A DNA stretch of 64,000 nucleotides from Acidimicrobiaceae bacterium (GCA_025464005.1 JAODBO010000062.1:4519-68518), one strand, 5' to 3'; shown: positions 1 to 8,841, numbered from the stretch's first letter. Numbers and translations are program-made. Notes: a model not told the origin generated them from the sequence alone.

Positions 1-58
1 CCTGGCTGCCATCCCACTGCGAATACCGCCAAGCGCCCGCACGCCTCACGCCTGCCAT
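1..58 (-). CDS. 5' end of a vWA-domain protein (Rv0959-like partner of the AAA+ ATPase); partial, runs off the window edge
   Basis: Minus strand reads ATG GCA GGC GTG... = MAGVRRAGAWRYSQWDGSQ. The RYSxWDGxQ N-terminus is typical of this family. AAGGAG RBS lies upstream and the gene follows the AAA+ gene. Confidence 0.7.
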   Translation of the reverse strand, partial: MAGVRRAGAWRYSQWDGSQ

Positions 59-238
59 GATGCCGCTCCTTGGGCTCTTGGCCGTGGTGGTCTGTGCTGT
101 GCCCGGGCCGGACCGAATCGGGAGTCGGGCCGCGGGCGCATCGGGATCTTCCGGCGCCGCAGGCCTGGCGCGGTCGCCGGCCGGATCGGGCTCATCTCGG
201 TCTCCGAAGGGCTCAGGCTCACTTGGTCTCCGGCGGCC

Positions 239-1675
239 TCAACGGGCGCTGTAGGTGGTCGCGCCAGCGACGAGGTCCTTGTTGAGCCGGCGCGAGAGGT
301 GAAGGCCCTCGAGGACGAGCTCGACTGCGCTTGCGACGTGGGCGGGGCTCGCTCCGGTACCGACGAGATTCTCGACGGCGGGCGCGAGCGCGGGGATTTC
401 CTCGATGAGCGCGACGTGGCTGGACGACGGTATCGAGGGACCGACCTCGACGACCCGCCCGGCGCCGAACTCCGCCACTACGGCCGCCATCGGCGCCTGT
501 GGGCAGTTCTCCCGGAAGACCTGTAGCACGGCGGTACGCACGAGCTGGTCGACCACCTGCTCGTCCTCGTTCTCATCGAGCGCTTCGACTTCGATCTTGC
601 CGATCGTCGAGGGGACCAGGGCGTCGAGATCGCTCACCCGGGGCACGGCGATCGGCTCCCCGGCGCGCAGCGACCTGCGCACCGCGGCGGCCACGAGGGT
701 CTCGTAGTTCGCCACGCTCGCCCTGACCGACACGCCCGAGCGCTGGTCCACCTTCGAGCTGGCACGGGCCGAATGGCTGATGACGGCGACGACCTCGGCC
801 ATGAACGGCGGTACGTCGACCTCGACACCGTCCGCCTCGACGGGCCGTGCCTCCTGGGCGACGATGGCCATCTCTGTGGCGACCTCACGCGGATAGTGCG
901 TGCGGATCTGCGCTCCGAAGCGGTCCTTCAGCGGCGTGATGATGCGGCCGCGGTTGGTGTAGTCGTCGGGGTTGGCCGTGGCGACGAGCAGCACGTCGAC
1001 CGGCAACCGGACGCGATGCCCGCGGATCTGCACGTCGCGCTCTTCGAGCACGTTGAGCAAGCCGACCTGGATGCGCTCCGCGAGGTCCGGCAGCTCGTTG
1101 ATCGCGAAGATCCCGCGGTTGGTCCTAGGAACGAGCCCGTAGTGGATCGTCAGCTCGTCGGAGAGATAGCGACCCTCGGCGACCTTTATCGGGTCGACTT
1201 CGCCGATGAGGTCGGCGATCGAGGTGTCGGGGGTGGCGAGCTTCTCGCCGTAGCGATCGCTGCGGTGCACCCATGTGATCGCGGTCTCGTCGCCAAGGTC
1301 CGCGACGAGGTCACGGGCGTAACGGGAGACCGGCCGGTAGGGATCGTCGTTGATCTCGGATCCTGCGATCGTCGGGCTCCACTCGTCGAGCAACTCGACG
1401 AGTGACCGCAGGATCCGGGACTTCGCCTGGCCCCGCTCGCCGAGGAGCACGACGTCGTGACCGGCGAGGAGCGCGTGCTCGAGCTGCGGCACGACGCTGT
1501 CCTCGAATCCGAGCACACCGGAGACAATCGGCTCGCCTGCCACGACTTTCGCGACGACGTTCCGACGGATCTCCGCCCGCACCGCGGTCGATCGCCAGCC
1601 CGAGGCGCGAAGTGCGCCGAGCGTCGCCGGGCGGGCCTGCCCGGTATCGGGAGCTGTCTGCTCGTGAAGGGCCAT
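239..1675 (-). CDS. Mg-chelatase/MoxR-like AAA+ ATPase (Rv0958-like)
   Basis: Walker A-like GERGQAKS, Walker B-like FAINELPDL, ANPDDYTNRGRIITPLKDRFG; 478 aa. Confidence 0.85.
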   Translation of the reverse strand: MALHEQTAPDTGQARPATLGALRASGWRSTAVRAEIRRNVVAKVVAGEPIVSGVLGFEDSVVPQLEHALLAGHDVVLLGERGQAKSRILRSLVELLDEWSPTIAGSEINDDPYRPVSRYARDLVADLGDETAITWVHRSDRYGEKLATPDTSIADLIGEVDPIKVAEGRYLSDELTIHYGLVPRTNRGIFAINELPDLAERIQVGLLNVLEERDVQIRGHRVRLPVDVLLVATANPDDYTNRGRIITPLKDRFGAQIRTHYPREVATEMAIVAQEARPVEADGVEVDVPPFMAEVVAVISHSARASSKVDQRSGVSVRASVANYETLVAAAVRRSLRAGEPIAVPRVSDLDALVPSTIGKIEVEALDENEDEQVVDQLVRTAVLQVFRENCPQAPMAAVVAEFGAGRVVEVGPSIPSSSHVALIEEIPALAPAVENLVGTGASPAHVASAVELVLEGLHLSRRLNKDLVAGATTYSAR

Positions 1676-1934
1676 GCGGCGAGCCTAACGGTGACCGCTC
1701 GGCGAGCTACCCCGCCCGCGGGGGCTTGCGACGGCGAGCAGGGCGCCGGGAACGACGGCCGGACGGCGGGGCGCTCCGCGGGGAAAGCGAGCCCGGACGA
1801 CGGGCCGCCGGGACTCCGTTTCGCCTAGAGACGAGCGTTGGCGCGAGGATGATCGGCGGCCGGGCCGGCTGAGACGTCGCGCCCGCTCGATAGGCCCGCC
1901 ACGCACGGCCGATCGAAGGCTAGGAGATGGAGGA

Positions 1935-2798
1935 ATGCCCGTGACCGTCGTGGACCAGACGCAGGAAGCGCCGCGTCCCACGCCAGTGCGCATCGGTGGG
2001 CCCCGCGGAGGACCTCCCCTCTCGACGGTGCTGCGCAAAGACCGTTGGCAAGTCCAGCCGGCACTCACGGCGTTGGGCCTTCTCGGCTTCATCGGCTACT
2101 CGATCTGGGCAGCTTTGCGCAACGGCGACTTCTACGCCGGCAATGTGGGACGCGACTATCTCTCCCCCCTCTACTCGCCCTGCCTGACCCACAGTTGCAC
2201 CACGGCGGGCTACGTCTGGGGCGGATGGAACTGGTGGCGGGTATCGCCCGCGTTCCTGATCCTCATCTTCCCCGGGGCGTTCCGCACCACCTGCTACTAC
2301 TACCGCAAGGCCTACTACCGCTCGTTCTGGCTGTCACCGCCGGGATGCGCGGTGCCGGACGCCGGCTCGACAAGCCCCTCGGGCGTGCGTAAGCGCTACA
2401 CGGGCGAGACCCGGTTCCCGCTCATCCTGCAGAACGTCCACCGTTACACGTGGTACTTCGCAGTCGTGTTCGCCGGGATCCTCACCTGGGATGCCATCAC
2501 CGCGTTCCGCTTCCCGAACGGCGTCGGCGTGGCGCTCGGCTCGCTGCTGTTCGTCGCCAACGCCGTGTTCATCTGGGCCTACACGCTCGGCTGCCACGCC
2601 TGCCGGCACCTGTGCGGAGGGAGCGCGAAGAAGCTCTCCGAAGCACCTGTCCGGCAGTGGTTCTGGAAGAACATCTCCTCCCCGCTCAACGAGCACCACC
2701 AGCTCTTCGCCTGGTGCTCGCTCTTCTCGATCATCGTGACCGACCTCTATACCTACCTCGTAGCGAGCGGCGCGATTCACGACCCGAGGATCATCTGA
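1935..2798 (+). CDS. Succinate dehydrogenase membrane anchor, Sdh1/Rv0249c type
   Basis: YLSPLYSPC, FRTTCYYYRKAYYRSF, ETRFPLILQNVHRY and GCHACRH motifs; several TM helices; GGAGG RBS; TGATG overlap with the flavoprotein gene. Confidence 0.85.
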   Translation: MPVTVVDQTQEAPRPTPVRIGGPRGGPPLSTVLRKDRWQVQPALTALGLLGFIGYSIWAALRNGDFYAGNVGRDYLSPLYSPCLTHSCTTAGYVWGGWNWWRVSPAFLILIFPGAFRTTCYYYRKAYYRSFWLSPPGCAVPDAGSTSPSGVRKRYTGETRFPLILQNVHRYTWYFAVVFAGILTWDAITAFRFPNGVGVALGSLLFVANAVFIWAYTLGCHACRHLCGGSAKKLSEAPVRQWFWKNISSPLNEHHQLFAWCSLFSIIVTDLYTYLVASGAIHDPRII

Positions 2799-4594
2799 TG
2801 GCGGAGTACGAATCTCACGACTTCGACGTGGTGATCATCGGCGCGGGCGGCGCCGGGCTTCGCGCGGCGATCGAGGCGAGCGCGACAGGCGCTCGCACCG
2901 CTCTCGTCTGCAAGTCATTGCTCGGCAAGGCGCACACGGTCATGGCCGAGGGCGGCGTCGCCGCGGCGCTCGGCAACGTCTGGCCGGAGGACAACTGGAA
3001 AGTCCACTTCCGCGACACCATGCGCGGCGGCAAGATGCTCAACAACTGGCGCATGGCGCAACTTCACGCCCTGGAGTCCCCCGAGCGAGTCCTCGAGCTC
3101 GAGGAGTGGGGCGCGGTCTTCGACCGGACACCGGACGGCCGGATCCTGCAGCGCGACTTCGGCGGCCATCGCTACGCACGCCTCGCGCATGTCGGCGACA
3201 GGACGGGCCTCGAGCTGCTCCGGACCTGCCAGCAGCGGGCAGTCGGCCTCGGCATCGAAGTCTTCATGGAGTGCAAGATCGTCCGGCTGCTCCAAGACGA
3301 CTCCGGCGCGGTGAACGGCGCACTCGGCTTCTGGCGGGAGTCCGGCAAGCTGGTCGCTTTCGGCGCCAAGGCCGTCGTGCTCGCCTCCGGCGGTGTCGGC
3401 AAGACGTGGAAGTTCACGTCAAACTCGTGGGAGTCCACCGGAGACGGCCACGCGCTCGCGCTGTGGGCTGGCGCGGACATGATCGACATGGAGTGCGTGC
3501 AGTTCCACCCGACCGGGATGGTCTGGCCGCCCTCGGCGAGGGGCCTCCTCGTCACCGAGGGGGTGCGCGGCGACGGCGGAGTGCTTCGCAACAGCGAGGG
3601 CAGGCGCTTCATGTTCGACTACATCTCGGACTTCTTCGCCAAGGAGACCGCTGACACCATCGAAGAGGGTGACCAGTGGTACGAGAACAAGAAGGACTTC
3701 CGCCGGCCCCCCGAGCTCCTCCCCCGCGACGAGGTCGCCCGGTCGATCAACTCCGAGATCAAGGCGGGACGCGGCAGCCCGCACGGCGGGGTCTTCCTCG
3801 ACATCGCGTCGCGGCGTTCGCCCGAGTACATCAGACGGCGGCTCCCCTCGATGTACCACCAGTTCAAGGAGCTGGCCGACGTCGACATCACCAAAGAGCC
3901 GATGGAGATCGGCCCCACGCTCCACTACATCATGGGCGGGGTTCGGGTCGAGGCCGATACCGCCGCCACCACCGTGCCCGGCCTCTACGCCGCAGGTGAG
4001 GTCGCCGGTGGGATGCACGGCGCAAACCGGCTCGGCGGTAACTCGCTCTCGGACCTGCTCGTGTTCGGCCGGCGGGCCGGTCAGTCCGCGGCCGAGCACG
4101 CACTCGGCCGGTCCGGCACTGTAATCGACAACGCACAGGTGGACGCCGTCTCGGCCCAGTCTCTGGCCCCGTTCGAGCGGGACAGCGGCGAGAACCCCTA
4201 CACCGTCCACCAGGATCTTCAGGACACCATGCAGAGCCTGGTCGGCATCATCCGGAACGAGTCGGAGCTGCTGGAGGCGAAGGAGAAGCTGGGTGAGCTC
4301 GACGAACGAGCGAGCAAGGTCGGAGTCGAGGGCCACCGTCAGTTCAATCCGGGCTGGCACCTCGCTCTCGACCTCGAGTCCATGCTCGCGGTGGCGCACT
4401 GCACGACACTCGGGGCCATCGAGCGCAGGGAGAGCCGTGGGGGGCACACCCGCGAGGACTACCCGGAGCCCGATCCGGAGCTCGGCAAGGTGAACATGGT
4501 GACGAGGATGCGCGACGGCGCTGTGGTGGTCGTCCGTGAGCCACTTCCCGAGATGCCGGACGAACTGAAGACACTCTTCGAGGAGGCGCACTGA
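2798..4594 (+). CDS. sdhA: Succinate dehydrogenase/fumarate reductase flavoprotein subunit
   Basis: Start at ATG 2798 (MAEYESHDFDVVIIGAGGAG); KAHTVMAEGG covalent-FAD His, QFHPTG, HYIMGG, HGANRLGGNSL, ESRGGH. Confidence 0.95.
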   Translation: MAEYESHDFDVVIIGAGGAGLRAAIEASATGARTALVCKSLLGKAHTVMAEGGVAAALGNVWPEDNWKVHFRDTMRGGKMLNNWRMAQLHALESPERVLELEEWGAVFDRTPDGRILQRDFGGHRYARLAHVGDRTGLELLRTCQQRAVGLGIEVFMECKIVRLLQDDSGAVNGALGFWRESGKLVAFGAKAVVLASGGVGKTWKFTSNSWESTGDGHALALWAGADMIDMECVQFHPTGMVWPPSARGLLVTEGVRGDGGVLRNSEGRRFMFDYISDFFAKETADTIEEGDQWYENKKDFRRPPELLPRDEVARSINSEIKAGRGSPHGGVFLDIASRRSPEYIRRRLPSMYHQFKELADVDITKEPMEIGPTLHYIMGGVRVEADTAATTVPGLYAAGEVAGGMHGANRLGGNSLSDLLVFGRRAGQSAAEHALGRSGTVIDNAQVDAVSAQSLAPFERDSGENPYTVHQDLQDTMQSLVGIIRNESELLEAKEKLGELDERASKVGVEGHRQFNPGWHLALDLESMLAVAHCTTLGAIERRESRGGHTREDYPEPDPELGKVNMVTRMRDGAVVVVREPLPEMPDELKTLFEEAH

Positions 4595-5499
4595 TGGCGA
4601 CCCCTACCCGCGAGAGCACCGCCTCGACAGCGCGCCCCGAGGCGACAGCGCCGACGCCTCCGGCGACGGTGACGCTACGACTCTGGCGGGGCGACGAGGC
4701 AGGCGGGGAGTTCCGCGACTACACCGTCGAGAACCTCGGTGGCGAGGTCGTGCTCGACGTCGTCCATCGCATCCAGGCAGAGCAGGCTCCCGACCTCGCT
4801 GTCCGCTGGAACTGCAAGGCCGGCAAGTGCGGGTCGTGCAGCGCCGAGGTGAACGGCCGGCCGCGGCTTATGTGCATGACTCGCATGAGCACCCTCGACG
4901 TCTCCGAGCCGGTGACCGTGTCGCCGCTTCGCGGGAATCCGATCGTCCGCGACCTCGTCACCGACGTCTCGTACAACTACGCGGTCGCCCGGCGGATCCC
5001 GCCTTTCCAACCGGGGCCCCGGGAGCCCGACGGGACCTACCGCATGAAGCAGGTCGACGCCGACCGGGTGCAGGAGTTCCGCAAGTGCATCGAGTGCTTC
5101 CTCTGCCAGAACGTCTGCCACGTCATCCGGGACCACGAGGACAACAAGCCGAACTTCGCCGGGCCCCGCTACTTCGCCCGCCTCGCAGAGCTCGAGATGC
5201 ACCCGCTCGACGTCCTCGACCGCCGGGAGCTGATCTCGAGCGACCTCGGCATCGGGCTGTGCAACATCACGAAGTGCTGCACCGAAGTGTGCCCGGAAGG
5301 CATCCACATCACCGACAACGCCATCATCCCGCTGAAGGAGCGTGTCGTCGACGCCCGTTACGACCCGATCGCATGGCTCGGTCGCAAGATCCGGCGCCGA
5401 CCCGATCCGACTCCAGCGAAGGTCGCCGCTTCCTTCGCCCCGGCCGCCAAGACGGGCGAGGTCATCTCGACAGACGCCCCGACGCGGGCAGAGGACTAG
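4594..5499 (+). CDS. sdhB: Succinate dehydrogenase iron-sulfur subunit
   Basis: CKAGKCGSC...C, CIECFLCQNVC and CNITKCCTEVCP Fe-S motifs. Confidence 0.95.
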   Translation: MATPTRESTASTARPEATAPTPPATVTLRLWRGDEAGGEFRDYTVENLGGEVVLDVVHRIQAEQAPDLAVRWNCKAGKCGSCSAEVNGRPRLMCMTRMSTLDVSEPVTVSPLRGNPIVRDLVTDVSYNYAVARRIPPFQPGPREPDGTYRMKQVDADRVQEFRKCIECFLCQNVCHVIRDHEDNKPNFAGPRYFARLAELEMHPLDVLDRRELISSDLGIGLCNITKCCTEVCPEGIHITDNAIIPLKERVVDARYDPIAWLGRKIRRRPDPTPAKVAASFAPAAKTGEVISTDAPTRAED

Positions 5500-5509
5500 G
5501 ACGACCTCA

Positions 5510-5887
5510 ATGGCGCGGTTCCTGTCCGACGAATGGCTGGCCCAGCTCGCTGTGGTCCTCGGCTCTGCGGGCCCGTTCGACTCCGACGGGCGCCTCGCTC
5601 TCGGTCAGGTGGTCACCGGCACCCCTTCGGGCGACGTGGGCTACACGATCGTGATCGGCGGCGGTCAGCCGAGCGAGATCCGTCCAGGCACGGACGGCGC
5701 GGCGGTAACGCTCGTGGAGGACTACGAGACCGCCGTCGCCATCGCGACGGGAACCCCGGCTGCGGGTCTCCTCGCCACCGGCAGCATCAAGGTGCGCGGC
5801 GAAGCGGGCGCGCTGCTGCGCGCTCAGGACCTTCTCGCGGCCGTCGGCCCTGCTCTCGCGGCCGTGGCCGCCGTCACGGAGTACTGA
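5510..5887 (+). CDS. SCP2 sterol/lipid-binding domain protein
   Basis: ATG 5510, MARFLSDEW...; C-terminal LATGSIKVRGE resembles the SCP2 GKxKxxG signature. Confidence 0.7.
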   Translation: MARFLSDEWLAQLAVVLGSAGPFDSDGRLALGQVVTGTPSGDVGYTIVIGGGQPSEIRPGTDGAAVTLVEDYETAVAIATGTPAAGLLATGSIKVRGEAGALLRAQDLLAAVGPALAAVAAVTEY

Positions 5888-5891
5888 GGAC

Positions 5892-6194
5892 ATGGTCACC
5901 GAACACGCTCTGATACCTATCCGCCCGGGGGCCGAGGCGGAGTTCGAGGCCGCCTTCCCGGCAGCGCTTCAGGTCGTCTCCGCTGCCGACGGCTGCTCGT
6001 CAGTGCGGTTGCTCCGAGGCGTCGAGCAGCCCTCGACCTATCTCCTGCTCATCGAATGGGAGAGCCTCGAGGCCCACATGGAGGGCTTTCGTGGCTCGGC
6101 GGCGTTCGCCGAGTGGCGCGCGATCATCGGACCGTTCTTCGACGGCCAGCCTGCGGTCGACCACTTCCAGGCGAGGTCGAACTCGAAGGCCTAG
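5892..6194 (+). CDS. Antibiotic biosynthesis monooxygenase (ABM) family protein
   Basis: 100 aa; PGAEAEFEAAF...YLLLIEWESLEAHMEGFRGS; GAGGA RBS. Confidence 0.85.
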   Translation: MVTEHALIPIRPGAEAEFEAAFPAALQVVSAADGCSSVRLLRGVEQPSTYLLLIEWESLEAHMEGFRGSAAFAEWRAIIGPFFDGQPAVDHFQARSNSKA

Positions 6195-6247
6195 TCCGGG
6201 AGCCTGGCGGCAGGTGCCGAACAGCGCTGATCCGACGATGCTCAGCA

Positions 6248-6270
6248 CCGCGGCAATTGCCGCGGGTTTT
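6248..6270 (+). terminator. Perfect 18-bp palindrome followed by GTTTT, probable terminator between convergent genes
   Basis: CCGCGGCAATTGCCGCGG at 6248-6265, then GTTTT. Confidence 0.6.
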
Positions 6271-6330
6271 CAGCGACTGGCAATCCCGAGCTCCACCGGC
6301 TGGAAATCCCGAGCTCCAGCGGCTGGCACT
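6271..6330. repeat. 23-bp imperfect tandem repeat, about 2.6 copies
   Basis: CAGCGACTGGCAATCCCGAGCTC / CACCGGCTGGAAATCCCGAGCTC / CAGCGGCTGGCACT. Confidence 0.8.
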
Positions 6331-6346
6331 AGAGGGCCGCTGTCGC

Positions 6347-7420
6347 TCATCGGGCACTACTGAGGCGGGTGGGCAATCCTGCGCGCCGCCAGGCCTGGTA
6401 GCCGCCGTCCAGGTCCGTGGCGCGGTAGATGCCGAGAGACCGGAGGCTCGACGCGGCGAGGCTCGACGCGTAGCCCTCCGAGCACATCACCACGATGTGC
6501 GCGTCCGCCCGAGCGAGCGCCGGGATGCGGGCGTCGCTCCTCGGGTCGAGGCGCCACTCGAGAACGTTGCGGGCGATGACGACGGCGCCCGGCACCTCGC
6601 CCTCCTCGATCCGCTGCTCGACCGGCCGTATGTCGACGAGCACCGCGCCGTCCGCGATTGCCGCAGCCGTCGCCTCCGGGCCGAGGCGCAGCAGGTCGCT
6701 CCGAGCCTGCGCGAGCAGCTCGTCGATGCTCGACACCGAGCGCCCCATGAGCGGTGCGTCCTTCGCGGCCTCGACGACGGCGTCGTAGCCACCGCGTCCG
6801 CGCGAGCCTTCCGGTCCGTCGACTCCGACCGTCTCGCGAGCGATGAGGCCGTGCGGACCACGCGAGTAGTACGTCATCGCGACGAGTGGCGGAGAGTACG
6901 CATGGATGCTCGTCGACTGCCCGTCGCCCTCGTGACGGACGTCGTGGACGTGTGCCGGCCCGAAAGCCGCCGCCGCCCCCTCGGCGAGATGCCGGTCGAC
7001 GAGGCGCCGTCCCGAGGCCGTGCGGTACTGCTCGCGAAGGGCACCTTCCGCGACCGCGAACGAGCCGGACGAGCCGCCGTGGTCGTGCCAGTCCGTGTCC
7101 TGGCCCCGCTCCCACGCGAGCAGCCACACGTCGTAGGAGGACGACCTATAAAGCGGAAGGTACCAGCGCGTATCGGGATCGTGGACCACGAGGTCCTGCC
7201 AGAGATCACGGCGTGCCGCGATCGCGGTGGTGACGGCGCGCAGCTGCGGCGGGCTGAGCCGACCAGAGCGCGGTGCGATCTGGTCGAGATGCGCAAGGAT
7301 CTGCGCTTGGCGCTCGGCATTCACGCCAATCCCGGGCTCGAGCCCACCGCGTGGAACAGAGGACGACTGCACGACCGTTCCGCTACCCGCAGCAGGGGCC
7401 TGCGGAGCAGCCCTCGTCAT
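6347..7420 (-). CDS. Fused cysteine dioxygenase-like cupin and rhodanese (sulfurtransferase) protein
   Basis: N-domain DVWLLAW...TDWHDHGGS...HVHDV...SIHAYSPPL (3-His thiol dioxygenase). C-domain LVDIRP...RNVLEWRLDP...CSEGYAS...DLDGGYQAW (rhodanese with active-site Cys). One continuous ORF with GGAGG RBS. Confidence 0.85.
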   Translation of the reverse strand: MTRAAPQAPAAGSGTVVQSSSVPRGGLEPGIGVNAERQAQILAHLDQIAPRSGRLSPPQLRAVTTAIAARRDLWQDLVVHDPDTRWYLPLYRSSSYDVWLLAWERGQDTDWHDHGGSSGSFAVAEGALREQYRTASGRRLVDRHLAEGAAAAFGPAHVHDVRHEGDGQSTSIHAYSPPLVAMTYYSRGPHGLIARETVGVDGPEGSRGRGGYDAVVEAAKDAPLMGRSVSSIDELLAQARSDLLRLGPEATAAAIADGAVLVDIRPVEQRIEEGEVPGAVVIARNVLEWRLDPRSDARIPALARADAHIVVMCSEGYASSLAASSLRSLGIYRATDLDGGYQAWRRAGLPTRLSSAR

Positions 7421-7632
7421 CTATGACCCTCCATCCATATCAATTTACTTCATTTACCGCATCGCTATGCGTCGCCGCGATCCATTGCCCGCACCGGGCA
7501 GGCACCCGGCGCCGACGACCGGCGGCAGCGCTCCTACCCGATCTCCACCGGCGACAGCCTCTCCTCGACGCTCGATCGTACCTCGAAAGGGCCAGCACGC
7601 AGGGAGCATAGGGCGAGATGACCCCTCGGCGA

Positions 7633-8283
7633 TCAGCTGGCGACGCCGCTCAGCAGGTGTCGGACCTGCTCGTGAGCTTCCTCGTGCGACTTGACGCGAA
7701 GCTCTGCGGCGACCTCGGTGAACTCGTCCAGCGCGGGCACGACCCCGACGAGGGTGAACTCCCGCTCGACAAGGCGAAGGTCGAGCTGCCACACGTCGGC
7801 GAGGATGCGGCGGTAATAGTCGGACGCGTGATCCCAGCCTTCGCGGGGCGTTCCGGCGGCGTAGTTGCCGCCATGCACCGTCACGAGCACTGCCGGCCTG
7901 CCGGCGAGGAGCGGCTCGGCACCGGCGCCCATTCGAGGGTCGGCGATCACGAGATCGATCCAGCTCTTGAAGTGCTGCGACACGCCGAAGTTGTAGAGAG
8001 GCACGGCGAACAGGTAGGCGTCGGCCGCTTCGAGCTCGTCGACCAAGGTGGCCGCGAGCGCGGTCGCCTCGATTTGCTCCGGAGTCCACAGCTCGGCCGG
8101 AGTGTACGAGGCCGTCGCCGCGATGCCCCACGCCGAGGAGGGAAGGGGCTCGGTGCCGACGTGCCGGCGGATAACGGTGCTGTCGGGTGATTCGGCGCGC
8201 CATTCGGCTTCGACGATGTCGGCGATCTCTCGGCTGGCCGAGCCGTCGACTCGGATGCTGGCGTCAAGTCGGAACAGGGTCAT
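7633..8283 (-). CDS. azoR: FMN-dependent NADH azoreductase/quinone reductase
   Basis: LDASIRVDGSASR, AVPLYNFGVSQHFKSWID, GGNY flavodoxin_2 motifs. Confidence 0.85.
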   Translation of the reverse strand: MTLFRLDASIRVDGSASREIADIVEAEWRAESPDSTVIRRHVGTEPLPSSAWGIAATASYTPAELWTPEQIEATALAATLVDELEAADAYLFAVPLYNFGVSQHFKSWIDLVIADPRMGAGAEPLLAGRPAVLVTVHGGNYAAGTPREGWDHASDYYRRILADVWQLDLRLVEREFTLVGVVPALDEFTEVAAELRVKSHEEAHEQVRHLLSGVAS

Positions 8284-8321
8284 CTGGAGTCCTCACTCTG
8301 TTTACACACTCGTTTGAACAT

Positions 8322-8343
8322 TGTTACTAATTTTATAGTAGCA
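8322..8343. promoter_or_regulatory. Inverted-repeat operator in the azoR/HxlR divergent region
   Basis: TGTTACTA-ATTTTA-TAGTAGCA in an AT-rich patch; similar to TACT-Nn-AGTA boxes of MarR/DUF24 (YodB-type) repressors. Confidence 0.6.
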
Positions 8344-8376
8344 ACATCAGCGTGGCTAGTGCCCTACACTAGGAAC

Positions 8377-8754
8377 GTGAGTGCGAACGCCGACCAGCGG
8401 CTAGAGCAGGAGCAGCACGAGCCGCGAGCGTGTGATGCCGCCCTCACGCGCGCGTTCGGGTTTCTCGGCAAGCGCTGGAACGGCGTCCTCCTCGGGTTCC
8501 TGACCGGAGGACCCGCCGCCTTCAGCGAACTACGGCGCGCCGTCAGCGGGATCAGCGACTCCGTCCTGTCCGACCGCTTGAGCGAGCTTGTAACGGTCGG
8601 CCTCGTCGCTCGGATCGTGGACGACGGTCCCCCGATCGGCGTGTCCTACGAGCTGACCGAGTCGGGGGCCGCCCTCGGTCCGGTGCTCACGGACCTGATC
8701 CGCTGGACGAAAGCACACCTGCCGTGCGACGAGGCTGAGCTCTCCGGCAGCTGA
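8377..8754 (+). CDS. HxlR/DUF24 family winged-helix regulator
   Basis: N-terminal Cys (RACDAAL), LGKRWNG, FSELRRAVSGISDSVLSDRLSEL, YELTESG; GTG 8377 sits 6 nt after TACACT. Confidence 0.88.
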   Translation: MSANADQRLEQEQHEPRACDAALTRAFGFLGKRWNGVLLGFLTGGPAAFSELRRAVSGISDSVLSDRLSELVTVGLVARIVDDGPPIGVSYELTESGAALGPVLTDLIRWTKAHLPCDEAELSGS

Positions 8755-8841
8755 GAAGCTAGGAGTGGCTGGAATCGCCCAGACAGCCTCGTTCGGAAGC
8801 CTTCGCCTCCGTCATCTTTGCGGAGGCCGGCGTAAGGCGCG

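Noticed and set aside
2450-2797. Apparent N-terminal extensions in the ORF track for sdhA, and similarly galK, galE, metF, sucD, tsaD, map, rpsK and rpmC
   Set aside because: These run through upstream genes in another frame. The real starts are at stop/start overlaps or RBS-supported codons.
6271-6330. 23-bp repeats as a mini-CRISPR
   Set aside because: The units are contiguous with no spacers, and there are no cas genes.
7421-7632. Cys-rich leader peptide or SAM riboswitch upstream of the CDO-rhodanese gene
   Set aside because: I found no convincing leader ORF or riboswitch consensus, only a short AT-rich patch.
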